This document shows, piece by piece, positions 1 through 12,294 of a DNA stretch of 64,000 nucleotides; position 1 is the first letter of the stretch, and each line of letters starts with the position of its first letter. Below the pieces are notes generated by a model. That model was not told the origin of the DNA, did no database searches, and was given only the letters and a program-made list of their open reading frames with translations. The stretch lies in the NCBI RefSeq assembly GCF_030384885.1, contig NZ_CP128613.1; one strand, 5' to 3'. The stretch is from Escherichia coli (GTDB lineage: Bacteria; Pseudomonadota; Gammaproteobacteria; Enterobacterales; Enterobacteriaceae). Both the position numbers and the translations under genes were made by a program.

Positions 1-1732
1 AAAAGAGATGGTGGATCAGGTGTTTACGCTTAATGTGCTTGATGACAAAAACTACACCCTGAGCAGTGATGGCGGCTTTAGCGCCCGTGGGCAAGCGGGC
101 CAGATGCTGAAAAAAGAAGGCGTCACGCTGATGGTTGAAGCCATTCACGCCAGCCCGGGCAGTGAGTTTACCGTCACTAAATACTCCACGCTGGGGATGA
201 TCAATCAACTGCAAAACAGCCTGACGGTAACAGAGAATGGCAAAGACGCTGGCGTACTGAGCCTGACTTATACCGGTGAAGATCGCGAACAGATCCGCGA
301 CATTCTTAACAGTATCGCCCGTAACTATCAGGAACAAAATATTGAGCGCAAATCGGCGGAAGCGTCGAAAAGCCTCGCCTTCCTCGCGCAACAGTTACCA
401 GAAGTACGCAGCCGCCTTGATGTTGCTGAAAACAAACTGAATGCCTTCCGTCAGGATAAAGATTCTGTTGATCTGCCGCTGGAAGCGAAAGCGGTGCTCG
501 ATTCGATGGTGAACATCGACGCGCAGTTGAACGAACTGACCTTTAAAGAGGCGGAAATCTCCAAGCTGTACACCAAAGTTCACCCGGCGTACCGCACGCT
601 GCTGGAGAAACGTCAGGCGCTGGAAGAAGAGAAAGCCAAACTTAATGGTCGCGTAACGGCGATGCCGAAAACCCAGCAGGAAATTGTCCGTCTGACCCGC
701 GATGTCGAGTCTGGTCAACAGGTCTATATGCAACTGCTGAATAAAGAGCAGGAGCTGAAAATCACCGAAGCCAGCACCGTCGGCGATGTGCGTATTGTTG
801 ACTCGGCAATCACCCAGCCTGGCGTGCTGAAACCGAAGAAAGGGCTGATTATTCTCGGCGCAATCATCCTCGGCCTGATGCTTTCTATTGTGGGTGTGCT
901 GCTGCGCTCGTTGTTCAATCGCGGCATTGAAAGCCCGCAGGTGCTGGAAGAACACGGCATCAGCGTCTATGCCAGCATCCCGCTGTCGGAATGGCAAAAA
1001 GCGCGCGATAGCGTCAAAACCATCAAAGGGGTTAAACGCTATAAACAGAGCCAGCTACTGGCGGTGGGGAATCCAACCGATCTGGCGATTGAAGCCATCC
1101 GTAGTCTGCGTACCAGTTTGCACTTCGCGATGATGCAGGCACAGAACAATGTGTTGATGATGACGGGGGTTAGCCCGTCAATCGGTAAAACCTTTGTCTG
1201 CGCCAACCTGGCGGCGGTCATTAGCCAGACCAATAAACGGGTGTTGTTGATCGACTGTGATATGCGCAAAGGCTACACCCACGAGCTGTTGGGCACCAAT
1301 AATGTCAATGGCCTGTCGGAAATTCTGATTGGTCAGGGCGACATTACTACCGCTGCTAAACCGACCTCTATTGCCAAATTTGACCTGATCCCGCGCGGTC
1401 AGGTACCGCCAAATCCTTCTGAACTGTTGATGAGCGAACGCTTTGCCGAACTGGTGAACTGGGCGAGTAAAAACTACGACCTGGTGTTGATTGATACGCC
1501 GCCGATTCTGGCAGTGACCGATGCGGCAATTGTTGGTCGTCATGTCGGAACCACATTAATGGTGGCGCGTTATGCGGTCAACACCTTGAAAGAAGTGGAA
1601 ACCAGTCTGAGCCGCTTTGAGCAAAACGGAATTCCGGTGAAAGGGGTGATTCTTAACTCCATCTTCCGCCGCGCCAGCGCGTATCAGGATTATGGCTATT
1701 ACGAATACGAATATAAGTCGGATGCGAAATAA
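1..1732 (+). CDS. wzc: Tyrosine autokinase Wzc, 5'-truncated at window edge (C-terminal ~574 aa present)
   Basis: ORF runs to window start; Walker-A-like GVSPSIGKTF, C-terminal tyrosine cluster YQDYGYYEYEYKSDAK; followed by wcaA as in the cps operon. Confidence 0.9.
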   Translation, partial: KEMVDQVFTLNVLDDKNYTLSSDGGFSARGQAGQMLKKEGVTLMVEAIHASPGSEFTVTKYSTLGMINQLQNSLTVTENGKDAGVLSLTYTGEDREQIRDILNSIARNYQEQNIERKSAEASKSLAFLAQQLPEVRSRLDVAENKLNAFRQDKDSVDLPLEAKAVLDSMVNIDAQLNELTFKEAEISKLYTKVHPAYRTLLEKRQALEEEKAKLNGRVTAMPKTQQEIVRLTRDVESGQQVYMQLLNKEQELKITEASTVGDVRIVDSAITQPGVLKPKKGLIILGAIILGLMLSIVGVLLRSLFNRGIESPQVLEEHGISVYASIPLSEWQKARDSVKTIKGVKRYKQSQLLAVGNPTDLAIEAIRSLRTSLHFAMMQAQNNVLMMTGVSPSIGKTFVCANLAAVISQTNKRVLLIDCDMRKGYTHELLGTNNVNGLSEILIGQGDITTAAKPTSIAKFDLIPRGQVPPNPSELLMSERFAELVNWASKNYDLVLIDTPPILAVTDAAIVGRHVGTTLMVARYAVNTLKEVETSLSRFEQNGIPVKGVILNSIFRRASAYQDYGYYEYEYKSDAK

Positions 1733-1734
1733 CG

Positions 1735-1800
1735 AGATCCGCTGTCGGATGCGATGCTGACGCATCTTATCCGACCTACGTTCACGCCGCATCCGGCAAC
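1735..1800. repeat. REP/BIME-type palindromic element in wzc-wcaA intergenic region
   Basis: gtcggatgcgatgctgacgcatcttatccgacctac plus second partial palindrome gccgcatccggc; matches REP consensus GCCGGATGCGGCG...CTTATCCGGCCTAC. Confidence 0.7.
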
Positions 1801-1860
1801 AGAACCTGTAAACCAGCTTATAAACCGGCAGAACATCTCGATACTCCGGGAGAACAACCT

Positions 1861-2700
1861 ATGAAAGACAATCCGCTGATCTCAATCTATATGCCGACCT
1901 GGAACCGCCAACAACTGGCGATTCGGGCGATAAAATCGGTCCTGCGCCAGGACTACAGCAACTGGGAGATGATCATCGTGGATGATTGCTCCACCTCCTG
2001 GGAACAACTGCAACAGTACGTCACCGCCCTCAACGACTCGCGTATTACGTACATTCACAACGACATTAACAGCGGGGCGTGTGCGGTACGTAACCAGGCG
2101 ATTATGCTGGCACAAGGGGAATACATCACCGGGATCGATGACGATGATGAATGGACACCCAACCGCCTGAGCGTCTTCCTCGCCCATAAACAGCAACTGG
2201 TCACACATGCGTTCTTGTACGCCAACGACTACGTTTGCCAGGGGGAAGTCTATTCCCAACCGGCAAGCTTGCCGCTGTATCCCAAATCGCCGTATTCACG
2301 CCGCCTGTTCTACAAACGCAATATCATTGGTAATCAGGTATTTAGCTGGGCGTGGCGTTTCAAAGAGTGCTTGTTCGATACCGAACTGAAAGCGGCACAG
2401 GATTACGACATCTTCCTGCGAATGGTGGTGGAGTACGGCGAACCGTGGAAAGTGGAAGAGGCGACGCAGATCCTGCATATCAATCACGGCGAAATGCAGA
2501 TCACCTCGTCACCGAAAAAATTCTCCGGGTACTTCCACTTTTATCGTAAGCACAAAGACAAATTCGACCGCGCCAGCAAAAAATATCAGTTGTTTACCCT
2601 CTACCAGATCCGCAATAAACGCATGACATGGCGCACTTTGTTGACGTTGCTGTCGGTGCGTAACGGCAAACGTCTGGCTGATGGAATTCGGGGGCGCTAA
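1861..2700 (+). CDS. wcaA: Colanic acid glycosyltransferase WcaA (GT2), 279 aa
   Basis: ORF length and position in cps operon; N-terminal SIYMPTWN and DDxS-type GT2 features. Confidence 0.85.
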   Translation: MKDNPLISIYMPTWNRQQLAIRAIKSVLRQDYSNWEMIIVDDCSTSWEQLQQYVTALNDSRITYIHNDINSGACAVRNQAIMLAQGEYITGIDDDDEWTPNRLSVFLAHKQQLVTHAFLYANDYVCQGEVYSQPASLPLYPKSPYSRRLFYKRNIIGNQVFSWAWRFKECLFDTELKAAQDYDIFLRMVVEYGEPWKVEEATQILHINHGEMQITSSPKKFSGYFHFYRKHKDKFDRASKKYQLFTLYQIRNKRMTWRTLLTLLSVRNGKRLADGIRGR

Positions 2701-2702
2701 AG

Positions 2703-3191
2703 ATGCTGGAAGATCTGCGCGCCAACAGCTGGAGTTTACGCCCGTGCTGCATGGTTCTTGCCTATCGCGTTGCTCATTTTTGTTCAGTGTGGCGCAAAAA
2801 AAACGTCCTCAACAATCTGTGGGCGGCCCCGCTGTTGGTGCTGTATCGCATTATCACCGAATGCTTTTTCGGTTATGAAATCCAGGCCGCCGCGACCATT
2901 GGCCGACGCTTTACTATCCATCACGGCTATGCCGTAGTGATCAATAAAAACGTGGTCGCGGGGGATGATTTCACCATTCGCCACGGCGTCACTATCGGCA
3001 ATCGTGGTGCCGATAACATGGCATGTCCACACATTGGCAACGGCGTCGAACTTGGTGCCAACGTCATTATCCTTGGCGATATCACGATTGGTAACAACGT
3101 CACCGTGGGGGCGGGCAGCGTGGTGCTCGACGCAATCCCGGACAACGCGCTGGTGGTGGGAGAAAAAGCGCGAGTGAAGGTAATTAAATGA
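2703..3191 (+). CDS. wcaB: Colanic acid acetyltransferase WcaB (hexapeptide-repeat), 162 aa
   Basis: Left-handed beta-helix hexapeptide repeats (IGNNVTVGAGSVV); operon position. Confidence 0.85.
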   Translation: MLEDLRANSWSLRPCCMVLAYRVAHFCSVWRKKNVLNNLWAAPLLVLYRIITECFFGYEIQAAATIGRRFTIHHGYAVVINKNVVAGDDFTIRHGVTIGNRGADNMACPHIGNGVELGANVIILGDITIGNNVTVGAGSVVLDAIPDNALVVGEKARVKVIK

Positions 3192-4405
3192 ATATTCTGC
3201 AATTTAATGTGCGACTGGCGGAAGGCGGGGCGGCAGGTGTGGCGTTAGATCTCCACCAGCGCGCGCTGCAACAGGGGCTGGCGTCACATTTTGTCTACGG
3301 CTACGGCAAAGGCGGCAAAGAGAGCGTCAGCCATCAGAACTATCCGCAGGTCATCAAACATACGCCGCGGATGACCGCGATGGCGAACATTGCCCTGTTT
3401 CGTCTGTTTAATCGCGATCTGTTCGGCAATTTCAATGAGTTATATCGCACCATTACTCGCACACCGGGACCGGTAGTCCTGCATTTTCATGTGCTGCACA
3501 GCTACTGGTTGAATCTTAAGAGCGTGGTGCGCTTTTGCGAAAAGGTGAAAAACCACAAACCGGATATCACTTTGGTCTGGACGCTGCACGATCACTGGAG
3601 CGTTACCGGACGCTGCGCCTTTACCGACGGATGCGAAGGCTGGAAAACGGGCTGTCAAAAATGCCCGACCTTAAATAACTATCCGCCGGTGAAGATTGAT
3701 CGCGCGCATCAGCTGGTGGCGGGCAAACGGCAGTTATTTCGCGAGATGCTGGCGCTGGGCTGTCAGTTTATTTCCCCCAGCCAGCATGTAGCTGATGCTT
3801 TCAATAGCCTGTACGGTCCAGGGCGTTGTCGGATTATCAATAACGGTATTGATATGGCAACCGAAGCGATTCTGGCGGACCTGCCTCCGGTGCGTGAAAC
3901 CCAGGGCAAGCCGAAAATCGCGGTGGTGGCGCATGACCTGCGTTACGACGGCAAAACTAACCAGCAACTGGTGCGCGAGATGATGGAGCTGGGTGACAAA
4001 ATAGAACTGCATACCTTTGGTAAGTTCTCGCCGTTCACCGCTGGTAACGTGGTTAATCACGGCTTTGAAACTGACAAGCGCAAGTTGATGAGCGCGCTTA
4101 ATCAGATGGATGCGCTGGTGTTCAGTTCTCGCGTCGATAACTACCCGCTGATTTTGTGTGAGGCGTTATCAATTGGTGTGCCGGTGATTGCCACCCATAG
4201 CGATGCGGCGCGGGAAGTGCTGCAAAAATCCGGCGGTAAAACCGTCAGCGAAGAAGAGGTGCTGCAACTGGTGCAGTTAAGCAAACCGGAAATCGCGCAG
4301 GCGATATTTGGTACCACGCTGGCTGAGTTCAGCCAGCGCAGCCGCGCCGCCTACAGTGGACAACAGATGCTGGAGGAGTATGTCAACTTCTATCAGAATC
4401 TGTAG
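3188..4405 (+). CDS. wcaC: Colanic acid glycosyltransferase WcaC, 405 aa
   Basis: ORF size and synteny; overlaps wcaB stop (translational coupling). Confidence 0.85.
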   Translation: MNILQFNVRLAEGGAAGVALDLHQRALQQGLASHFVYGYGKGGKESVSHQNYPQVIKHTPRMTAMANIALFRLFNRDLFGNFNELYRTITRTPGPVVLHFHVLHSYWLNLKSVVRFCEKVKNHKPDITLVWTLHDHWSVTGRCAFTDGCEGWKTGCQKCPTLNNYPPVKIDRAHQLVAGKRQLFREMLALGCQFISPSQHVADAFNSLYGPGRCRIINNGIDMATEAILADLPPVRETQGKPKIAVVAHDLRYDGKTNQQLVREMMELGDKIELHTFGKFSPFTAGNVVNHGFETDKRKLMSALNQMDALVFSSRVDNYPLILCEALSIGVPVIATHSDAAREVLQKSGGKTVSEEEVLQLVQLSKPEIAQAIFGTTLAEFSQRSRAAYSGQQMLEEYVNFYQNL

Positions 4406-5600
4406 CTACCTGCTGCTGCCGCTGATTTACCTGCTGGTTAACGTCAAAATCGCCCAGCTTGGCGAAAGTTTCCCCATCACCATCGTCACTTTTTTACCTG
4501 TCTTGTTACTGCTGTTTTTAGAGCGCATCAGCGTTAAAAAATTGATGATTGCCTTAGGGATTGGTGCGGGACTCACGGCGTTTAACTACTTGTTTGGTCA
4601 GTCGTTGGATGCCAGTAAATACGTCACTTCAACCATGCTGTTTGTCTATATTGTGATCATTATTGGCATGGTGTGGAGTATTCGCTTTAAAACGATTTCG
4701 CCACACAACCATCGCAAGATATTACGTTTCTTTTATCTGGTGGTGGGGCTGGTGGTGGCGCTGGCGGCGGTGGAGATGGCGCAAATTATCCTCACTGGCG
4801 GCAGCAGTATTATGGAGTCGATTTCGAAATATCTGATTTACAGCAACAGTTATGTGCTGAATTTCATTAAATTCGGCGGCAAGCGCACGACAGCACTTTA
4901 TTTCGAACCGGCATTTTTCGCTCTGGCATTAATCTCAATTTGGCTCAGCATTAAACAGTTTGGTATCAAAACGCCTAAAACCGATGCTATGATTCTCGCA
5001 GGGATAATATTATCCGGATCGTTTTCAGGGGTTATGACCTTTATCCTGTTTTATTTGTTGGAGTGGGCGTTTCAATATCTGAACAAAGAGGCGATTAAGA
5101 AAAAGTTACCGTTAGCATTGATTTCTCTGGCTGTATTCCTGGTTGGTGTGGTAATCGCGTTTCCTTATATTTCCACCCGCTTGGGCGATTTAGGTACGGA
5201 AGGATCGTCATCGTATTATCGCATTGTCGGTCCACTGGTGATGGTCGGTTATTCTTTGAGCCATATTGACGGTGTAGTCAGATTTGGCTCACTTTATGAA
5301 TATGTCGCATCATTCGGAATATTTAACGGTGCGGATGTCGGAAAAACCATAGACAATGGTTTGTATCTGCTGATTATTTATTTTTCCTGGTTCGCAGTGC
5401 TTTTATCACTGTGGTACATGGGGAAAGTGATAAAAATGATGATCAACGCTTTTGGTGATAATCGCAATTTTCGTGTGCAGCTCTATCTTTTTACTCCGGT
5501 GTCGCTGTTTTTTACCGGTTCGATATTTAGCCCGGAATATGCATTTTTAATCGTCTGTCCATTTATTTTGCGAAAAGCGTTAAATATACACCCTAAATAA
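4380..5600 (+). CDS. wcaD: Colanic acid polymerase WcaD (multi-TM), ~406 aa
   Basis: Start moved to in-frame ATG at 4380 (MSTSIRICSYLLLPL...) because the upstream part of the 4308 ORF overlaps wcaC; highly hydrophobic; synteny. Confidence 0.8.
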   Translation: MSTSIRICSYLLLPLIYLLVNVKIAQLGESFPITIVTFLPVLLLLFLERISVKKLMIALGIGAGLTAFNYLFGQSLDASKYVTSTMLFVYIVIIIGMVWSIRFKTISPHNHRKILRFFYLVVGLVVALAAVEMAQIILTGGSSIMESISKYLIYSNSYVLNFIKFGGKRTTALYFEPAFFALALISIWLSIKQFGIKTPKTDAMILAGIILSGSFSGVMTFILFYLLEWAFQYLNKEAIKKKLPLALISLAVFLVGVVIAFPYISTRLGDLGTEGSSSYYRIVGPLVMVGYSLSHIDGVVRFGSLYEYVASFGIFNGADVGKTIDNGLYLLIIYFSWFAVLLSLWYMGKVIKMMINAFGDNRNFRVQLYLFTPVSLFFTGSIFSPEYAFLIVCPFILRKALNIHPK

Positions 5601-5726
<126 letters not shown>

Positions 5727-6473
5727 ATGTTGCTTAGCATAATCACCGTTGCGTTTCGTAACCTCGAAGGGATAGTCAAAACACACGCCTCGCTGGCGCA
5801 TCTGGCGCAGGCTGACGATATCAGCTTCGAATGGATAGTTGTCGATGGCGGTTCCAATGACGGCACCCGTGAGTATCTGGAAAATCTCAATGGTATCTAT
5901 AACCTACGCTTTGTCAGTGAACCAGATAAGGGCATCTACGACGCCATGAACAAAGGCATTGCGATGGCACAAGGCAAGTTTGCGCTGTTTCTCAACTCGG
6001 GCGATATTTTTCATCAGGATGCCGCAAATTTTGTCCGTAAGTTAAAAATGCAAAAAGATAACGTGATGATCACCGGCGATGCGCTGCTGGATTTTGGCGA
6101 CGGGCATAAAATTAAACGTCGCGCTAAACCTGGCTGGTATATTTATCACAGCCTGCCCGCCAGCCATCAGGCGATATTTTTCCCGGTATCCGGCTTGAAA
6201 AAATGGCGTTATGATCTGGAATATAAAGTTTCTTCCGATTACGCGCTGGCGGCCAAAATGTATAAAGCAGGTTATGCATTTAAAAAACTCAATGGCCTGG
6301 TGTCTGAATTTTCTATGGGTGGGGTATCTACCACCAATAATATGGAATTGTGCGCGGACGCGAAAAAAGTCCAACGGCAAATATTACATGTGCCTGGCTT
6401 CTGGGCTGAATTATCCTGGCATTTACGCCAGCGCACGACGGGTAAGACTAAAGCCTTATATAACAAAGTCTGA
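5727..6473 (+). CDS. wcaE: Colanic acid glycosyltransferase WcaE (GT2), 248 aa
   Basis: ORF size and synteny; GT2-like N-terminus. Confidence 0.85.
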   Translation: MLLSIITVAFRNLEGIVKTHASLAHLAQADDISFEWIVVDGGSNDGTREYLENLNGIYNLRFVSEPDKGIYDAMNKGIAMAQGKFALFLNSGDIFHQDAANFVRKLKMQKDNVMITGDALLDFGDGHKIKRRAKPGWYIYHSLPASHQAIFFPVSGLKKWRYDLEYKVSSDYALAAKMYKAGYAFKKLNGLVSEFSMGGVSTTNNMELCADAKKVQRQILHVPGFWAELSWHLRQRTTGKTKALYNKV

Positions 6474-6488
6474 ATATAAGGAATACCA

Positions 6489-7037
6489 ATGCAAGATTTA
6501 AGCGGTTTCTCGGTGCCGAAAGGGTTCCGGGGCGGCAACGCTATTAAAGTGCAATTGTGGTGGGCAGTACAGGCAACAATATTTGCCTGGTCGCCACAAG
6601 TATTGTATCGCTGGCGGGCATTTTTATTACGTTTATTCGGCGCAAAAATAGGAAAAAACGTAGTTATTCGTCCGTCAGTAAAAATTACCTATCCGTGGAA
6701 ATTAACCTTAGGTGATTACGCGTGGGTCGGCGATGAGGTCAATTTATATACCCTCGGTGAAATAACCATTGGCGCACATTCGGTGATATCGCAAAAAAGT
6801 TATTTATGCACCGGGAGCCACGACCATGCAAGTCGACATTTCACCATAAACGCCACGCCCATTGTGATTGGCGAGAAATGCTGGCTGGCAACCGATGTTT
6901 TTGTTGCTCCTGGCGTCACGATCGGCGACGGCACCGTCGTGGGTGCGCGAAGCAGTGTTTTTAAATCGCTTCCGGCAAATAGAGTTTGCCGGGGGAATCC
7001 CGCAGTGGTGATACGCGAACGCGTTGAAACTGAATAA
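6489..7037 (+). CDS. wcaF: Colanic acid acetyltransferase WcaF (hexapeptide-repeat), 182 aa
   Basis: Hexapeptide repeats; synteny. Confidence 0.85.
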   Translation: MQDLSGFSVPKGFRGGNAIKVQLWWAVQATIFAWSPQVLYRWRAFLLRLFGAKIGKNVVIRPSVKITYPWKLTLGDYAWVGDEVNLYTLGEITIGAHSVISQKSYLCTGSHDHASRHFTINATPIVIGEKCWLATDVFVAPGVTIGDGTVVGARSSVFKSLPANRVCRGNPAVVIRERVETE

Positions 7038-7063
7038 ATTCAAAAAATACAGAGGAATAAGAC

Positions 7064-8185
7064 ATGTCAAAAGTCGCTCTCATCACCGGTGTAACCGGAC
7101 AAGACGGTTCTTACCTGGCAGAGTTTCTGCTGGAAAAAGGTTACGAGGTGCATGGTATTAAGCGTCGTGCATCGTCATTCAACACCGAGCGCGTGGATCA
7201 CATTTATCAGGATCCGCATACCTGTAACCCGAAATTCCATCTGCATTATGGCGACCTGAGTGATACCTCCAACCTGACGCGCATTTTGCGTGAAGTGCAG
7301 CCGGATGAAGTGTACAACCTGGGGGCAATGAGCCACGTTGCGGTTTCTTTTGAGTCACCGGAATATACCGCAGACGTTGATGCGATGGGCACACTGCGTC
7401 TGCTGGAGGCGATCCGCTTCCTTGGTCTGGAAAAGAAAACCCGTTTCTATCAGGCTTCCACTTCTGAACTGTACGGTCTGGTGCAGGAAATTCCGCAGAA
7501 AGAAACCACGCCGTTCTATCCGCGATCTCCATATGCGGTCGCCAAGCTGTATGCCTACTGGATCACCGTTAACTACCGCGAATCCTACGGCATGTACGCC
7601 TGTAACGGCATTCTCTTCAACCATGAATCCCCGCGCCGCGGCGAAACCTTCGTGACCCGCAAAATTACCCGCGCAATCGCCAACATCGCCCAGGGGCTGG
7701 AGTCGTGCCTGTACCTCGGCAATATGGACTCCCTGCGTGACTGGGGCCATGCCAAAGACTACGTAAAAATGCAGTGGATGATGCTGCAACAGGAACAGCC
7801 AGAAGATTTCGTTATTGCCACCGGCGTTCAGTACTCCGTGCGTCAGTTCGTGGAAATGGCGGCAGCACAGCTGGGCATCAAACTGCGCTTTGAAGGCACG
7901 GGCGTTGAAGAGAAGGGCATTGTGGTTTCCGTCACCGGGCATGACGCGCCGGGCGTTAAACCGGGCGATGTGATTATCGCCGTTGACCCGCGTTACTTCC
8001 GTCCTGCTGAAGTAGAAACGCTGCTCGGCGACCCGACCAAAGCGCACGAAAAACTGGGCTGGAAACCGGAAATCACCCTCAGAGAGATGGTATCTGAAAT
8101 GGTGGCTAATGACCTCGAAGCGGCGAAAAAACACTCTCTGCTGAAATCTCACGGCTACGACGTGGCGATCGCGCTGGAGTCATAA
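7064..8185 (+). CDS. gmd: GDP-mannose 4,6-dehydratase, 373 aa
   Basis: N-terminal Rossmann motif [19 protein letters not shown]; SDR catalytic YAVAK; size and synteny. Confidence 0.95.
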
Positions 8186-8187
8186 GC

Positions 8188-9153
8188 ATGAGTAAACAAC
8201 GTATTTTTATCGCTGGCCATCGCGGGATGGTCGGTTCTGCCATCAAGCGACAGCTCGAACAGCGCGGTGATGTGGAACTGGTATTACGCACCCGCGACGA
8301 ACTGAACCTGCTGGACAGCCGCGCGGTGCATGATTTCTTTGCCAGCGAGCGCATTGACCAGGTCTATCTGGCGGCGGCGAAAGTGGGCGGGATTGTCGCC
8401 AACAACACGTATCCGGCGGATTTCATCTACCAGAATATGATGATTGAGAGCAACATCATTCACGCTGCGCATCAGAACGACGTGAACAAACTGCTGTTTC
8501 TCGGATCGTCCTGCATCTACCCAAAACTGGCAAAACAGCCGATGGCAGAAGGCGAGCTGTTACAGGGCACGCTGGAGCCGACCAACGAGCCATACGCCAT
8601 TGCCAAAATCGCCGGGATCAAACTGTGCGAATCTTACAACCGCCAGTATGGACGCGATTACCGCTCTGTCATGCCGACCAACCTGTACGGGCCGCACGAC
8701 AACTTCCATCCAAGTAATTCGCATGTGATCCCCGCATTGCTGCGCCGCTTCCACGAGGCGACGGCACAGAATGCACCGGACGTGGTGGTGTGGGGCAGCG
8801 GTACGCCGATGCGCGAATTTCTGCACGTCGATGATATGGCGGCGGCAAGCATTCATGTCATGGAGCTGGCGCACGAAGTCTGGCTGGAAAACACCCAGCC
8901 GATGCTGTCGCACATTAACGTCGGCACGGGCGTTGACTGCACTATCCGCGAGCTGGCGCAAACCATCGCCAAAGTGGTGGGTTACAAAGGCCGGGTGGTT
9001 TTTGATGCCAGTAAACCGGATGGCACACCGCGCAAACTGCTGGATGTGACGCGCCTGCATCAGCTTGGCTGGTATCACGAAATCTCACTGGAAGCGGGGC
9101 TTGCCAGCACTTACCAGTGGTTCCTTGAGAATCAAGACCGCTTTCGGGGGTAA
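8188..9153 (+). CDS. fcl: GDP-L-fucose synthase (GDP-4-keto-6-deoxymannose epimerase/reductase), 321 aa
   Basis: Rossmann [19 protein letters not shown] motif; immediately downstream of gmd. Confidence 0.95.
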   Translation: MSKQRIFIAGHRGMVGSAIKRQLEQRGDVELVLRTRDELNLLDSRAVHDFFASERIDQVYLAAAKVGGIVANNTYPADFIYQNMMIESNIIHAAHQNDVNKLLFLGSSCIYPKLAKQPMAEGELLQGTLEPTNEPYAIAKIAGIKLCESYNRQYGRDYRSVMPTNLYGPHDNFHPSNSHVIPALLRRFHEATAQNAPDVVVWGSGTPMREFLHVDDMAAASIHVMELAHEVWLENTQPMLSHINVGTGVDCTIRELAQTIAKVVGYKGRVVFDASKPDGTPRKLLDVTRLHQLGWYHEISLEAGLASTYQWFLENQDRFRG

Positions 9154-9155
9154 TG

Positions 9156-9635
9156 ATGTTTTTACGTCAGGAAGACTTTGCCACGGTAGTGCGCTCCACA
9201 CCGCTTGTCTCTCTCGACTTTATTGTCGAGAACAGTCGCGGCGAGTTTCTGCTTGGCAAAAGAACCAACCGCCCGGCGCAGGGTTACTGGTTTGTGCCGG
9301 GAGGGCGCGTGCAGAAGGACGAAACGCTGGAAGCCGCATTTGAGCGGCTGACGATGGCGGAACTGGGGCTGCGTCTGCCGATAACAGCGGGTCAGTTTTA
9401 CGGTGTCTGGCAGCACTTTTATGACGATAACTTCTCCGGCTCGGATTTTACCACGCACTATGTGGTGCTCGGTTTTCGCATCAGAGTAGCGGAAGAAGAG
9501 CTGTTACTGCCGGATGAGCAACATGACGATTACCGCTGGCTGACGCCGGACGCGTTGCTCGCCAGTGACAATGTTCACGCTAACAGCCGCGCCTATTTTC
9601 TCGCTGAGAAGCGTGCCGGAGTACCCGGATTATGA
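9156..9635 (+). CDS. gmm: GDP-mannose mannosyl hydrolase (Nudix), 159 aa
   Basis: Nudix fold protein following fcl; start placed at second ATG (MFLRQEDF...) overlapping fcl stop. Confidence 0.85.
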   Translation: MFLRQEDFATVVRSTPLVSLDFIVENSRGEFLLGKRTNRPAQGYWFVPGGRVQKDETLEAAFERLTMAELGLRLPITAGQFYGVWQHFYDDNFSGSDFTTHYVVLGFRIRVAEEELLLPDEQHDDYRWLTPDALLASDNVHANSRAYFLAEKRAGVPGL

Positions 9636-10855
9636 AAATACTGGTCTACGGCATTAACTACTCGCCGGAGTTAACCGGCATCGGCAAATACACCGGCGAG
9701 ATGGTGGAATGGCTGGCAGCACAAGGTCATGAGGTGCGGGTAATTACCGCACCGCCTTACTACCCGCAGTGGCAGGTGGGCGAGAAATATTCCGCCTGGC
9801 GGTACAAACGAGAAGAGGGGGCCGCTACGGTGTGGCGCTGCCCGCTGTATGTGCCAAAACAGCCGAGCACCCTGAAACGCCTGTTGCATCTCGGCAGTTT
9901 TGCCGTCAGCAGTTTTTTCCCGTTGATGGCGCAACGTCGCTGGAAGCCGGATCGCATTATCGGCGTAGTACCAACGCTGTTTTGCACGCCGGGAATGCGC
10001 CTGCTGGCGAAACTCTCTGGTGCGCGTACTGTGCTGCATATTCAGGATTACGAAGTGGATGCCATGCTGGGGCTGGGCCTTGCCGGAAAAGGTAAAGCCG
10101 GCAAAGTGGCACAGCTGGCGACAGCCTTCGAACGTAGCGGACTGCATAACGTCGATAACGTCTCCACGATTTCGCGTTCGATGATGAATAAAGCTGTCGA
10201 AAAAGGTGTGGCGGCGGAAAACGTCATCTTCTTCCCCAACTGGTCGGAAATTGCTCGTTTTCAGCATGTCGCAGACGCCGATGTTGCTGCCCTTCGTAAC
10301 CAACTTGGCCTGCCGGATAACAAAAAAATCATTCTTTACTCCGGCAATATTGGTGAAAAGCAGGGGCTGGAAAACGTTATTGAAGCTGCCGATCGCCTGC
10401 GCGATGAACCGCTGATTTTTGCCATTGTCGGGCAGGGCGGCGGCAAAGCGCGGCTGGAAAAAATGGCGCAGCAGCGCGGACTGCGCAATATGCAATTTTT
10501 CCCGCTGCAATCGTATGACGCTTTACCCGCACTGCTGAAGATGGGCGATTGCCATCTGGTGGTGCAAAAACGCGGTGCGGCAGATGCCGTATTGCCGTCG
10601 AAACTGACCAATATTCTGGCGGTAGGCGGTAACGCGGTGATTACCGCAGAAGCCCACACAGAACTGTGGCAGCTTTGCGAAACCTTTCCGGGCATTGCGG
10701 TTTGCGTAGAACCGGAATCGGTCGAGGCGCTGGTGGAGGGGATTCGTCAGGCGCTCCTGCTGCCCAAACACAACACGGTGGCACGTGAATATGCCGAACG
10801 CACGCTCGATAAAGAGAACGTGTTACGTCAATTTATACATGATATTCGGGGATAA
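9632..10855 (+). CDS. wcaI: Colanic acid glycosyltransferase WcaI (GT4), 407 aa
   Basis: Size and synteny. Confidence 0.85.
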   Translation: MKILVYGINYSPELTGIGKYTGEMVEWLAAQGHEVRVITAPPYYPQWQVGEKYSAWRYKREEGAATVWRCPLYVPKQPSTLKRLLHLGSFAVSSFFPLMAQRRWKPDRIIGVVPTLFCTPGMRLLAKLSGARTVLHIQDYEVDAMLGLGLAGKGKAGKVAQLATAFERSGLHNVDNVSTISRSMMNKAVEKGVAAENVIFFPNWSEIARFQHVADADVAALRNQLGLPDNKKIILYSGNIGEKQGLENVIEAADRLRDEPLIFAIVGQGGGKARLEKMAQQRGLRNMQFFPLQSYDALPALLKMGDCHLVVQKRGAADAVLPSKLTNILAVGGNAVITAEAHTELWQLCETFPGIAVCVEPESVEALVEGIRQALLLPKHNTVAREYAERTLDKENVLRQFIHDIRG

Positions 10856-10857
10856 TT

Positions 10858-12294
10858 ATGTCGCAGTCGAAACTCTATCCAGTTGTGATGGCAGGTGGCT
10901 CCGGTAGCCGCTTATGGCCGCTTTCCCGCGTACTTTATCCCAAGCAGTTTTTATGCCTGAAAGGCGATCTTACCATGCTGCAAACCACCATCTGCCGCCT
11001 GAACGGCGTGGAGTGCGAAAGCCCGGTGGTGATTTGCAATGAGCAGCACCGCTTTATTGTCGCGGAACAGCTGCGTCAACTGAACAAACTCACCGAGAAC
11101 ATTATTCTCGAACCGGCAGGGCGTAACACTGCACCTGCCATTGCGTTGGCGGCGCTGGCGGCAGAACGTCATAGCCCGGACAGCGATCCGTTAATGTTGG
11201 TCCTGGCGGCAGATCATGTGATTGCCGACGAAGACGCGTTCCGCGCCGCCGTGCGTAATGCCATGCCGTATGCCGAAGCGGGCAAGCTGGTGACCTTCGG
11301 CATTGTGCCGGATCTACCTGAAACCGGATATGGCTATATTCGTCGCGGTGAAGTGTCGGCGGGTGAGCAGGATACGGTGGCCTTTGAAGTGGCGCAGTTT
11401 GTCGAAAAACCGAATCTGGAAACCGCTCAGGCCTATGTGGCAAGCGGCGAATATTACTGGAACAGCGGCATGTTCCTGTTCCGCGCCGGACGTTATCTCG
11501 AAGAACTGAAAAAATATCGCCCGGATATTCTCGACGCCTGCGAAAAAGCGATGAGCGCCGTCGATCCGGATCTCGATTTTATTCGCGTGGATGAAGAAGC
11601 GTTTCTCGCCTGCCCGGAAGAGTCGGTGGATTACGCGGTCATGGAACGTACGGCAGATGCCGTTGTGGTGCCGATGGATGCGGGCTGGAGCGATGTCGGT
11701 TCCTGGTCCTCTTTATGGGAGATCAGCGCCCACACCGCGGAAGGCAACGTTTGCCACGGCGATGTGATTAATCACAAAACCGAAAACAGCTACGTGTATG
11801 CCGAATCTGGCCTGGTCACCACCGTCGGGGTAAAAGATCTGGTAGTGGTGCAGACCAAAGACGCGGTGCTGATTGCCGACCGTAACGCGGTGCAGGATGT
11901 GAAAAAAGTGGTCGAGCAGATCAAAGCCGATGGTCGCCATGAGCATCGGGTGCATCGCGAAGTGTATCGCCCGTGGGGCAAATATGACTCTATCGACGCG
12001 GGCGACCGCTACCAGGTGAAACGCATCACCGTGAAACCGGGCGAGGGCTTGTCGGTACAGATGCACCATCACCGCGCGGAACATTGGGTAGTGGTCGCGG
12101 GAACGGCAAAAGTCACCATTGACGGTGATATCAAACTGCTTGGTGAAAACGAGTCCATTTATATTCCGCTGGGGGCAAAACACTGCCTGGAAAACCCCGG
12201 GAAAATTCCCCTCGATTTAATTGAAGTGCGCTCCGGCTCTTATCTCGAAGAGGATGATGTGGTGCGCTTCGCGGATCGCTACGGACGGGTGTAG
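10858..12294 (+). CDS. cpsB: Mannose-1-phosphate guanylyltransferase (colanic acid copy), 478 aa
   Basis: N-terminal [16 protein letters not shown] nucleotidyltransferase motif, C-terminal cupin domain; synteny. Confidence 0.95.
   Translation: MSQSKLYPVVMAGGSGSRLWPLSRVLYPKQFLCLKGDLTMLQTTICRLNGVECESPVVICNEQHRFIVAEQLRQLNKLTENIILEPAGRNTAPAIALAALAAERHSPDSDPLMLVLAADHVIADEDAFRAAVRNAMPYAEAGKLVTFGIVPDLPETGYGYIRRGEVSAGEQDTVAFEVAQFVEKPNLETAQAYVASGEYYWNSGMFLFRAGRYLEELKKYRPDILDACEKAMSAVDPDLDFIRVDEEAFLACPEESVDYAVMERTADAVVVPMDAGWSDVGSWSSLWEISAHTAEGNVCHGDVINHKTENSYVYAESGLVTTVGVKDLVVVQTKDAVLIADRNAVQDVKKVVEQIKADGRHEHRVHREVYRPWGKYDSIDAGDRYQVKRITVKPGEGLSVQMHHHRAEHWVVVAGTAKVTIDGDIKLLGENESIYIPLGAKHCLENPGKIPLDLIEVRSGSYLEEDDVVRFADRYGRV

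Noticed and set aside
395-997. Long antisense ORFs embedded in cps/his/cob genes (e.g. 395-997 -, 7355-8152 -, 9671-10510 -, 12579-13250 -, 14730-15329 -, 17335-17895 -, 44011-44652 -)
   Set aside because: They lie entirely inside well-supported genes on the opposite strand in GC-rich DNA, have no RBS or homology signal, and are typical of spurious antisense frames.
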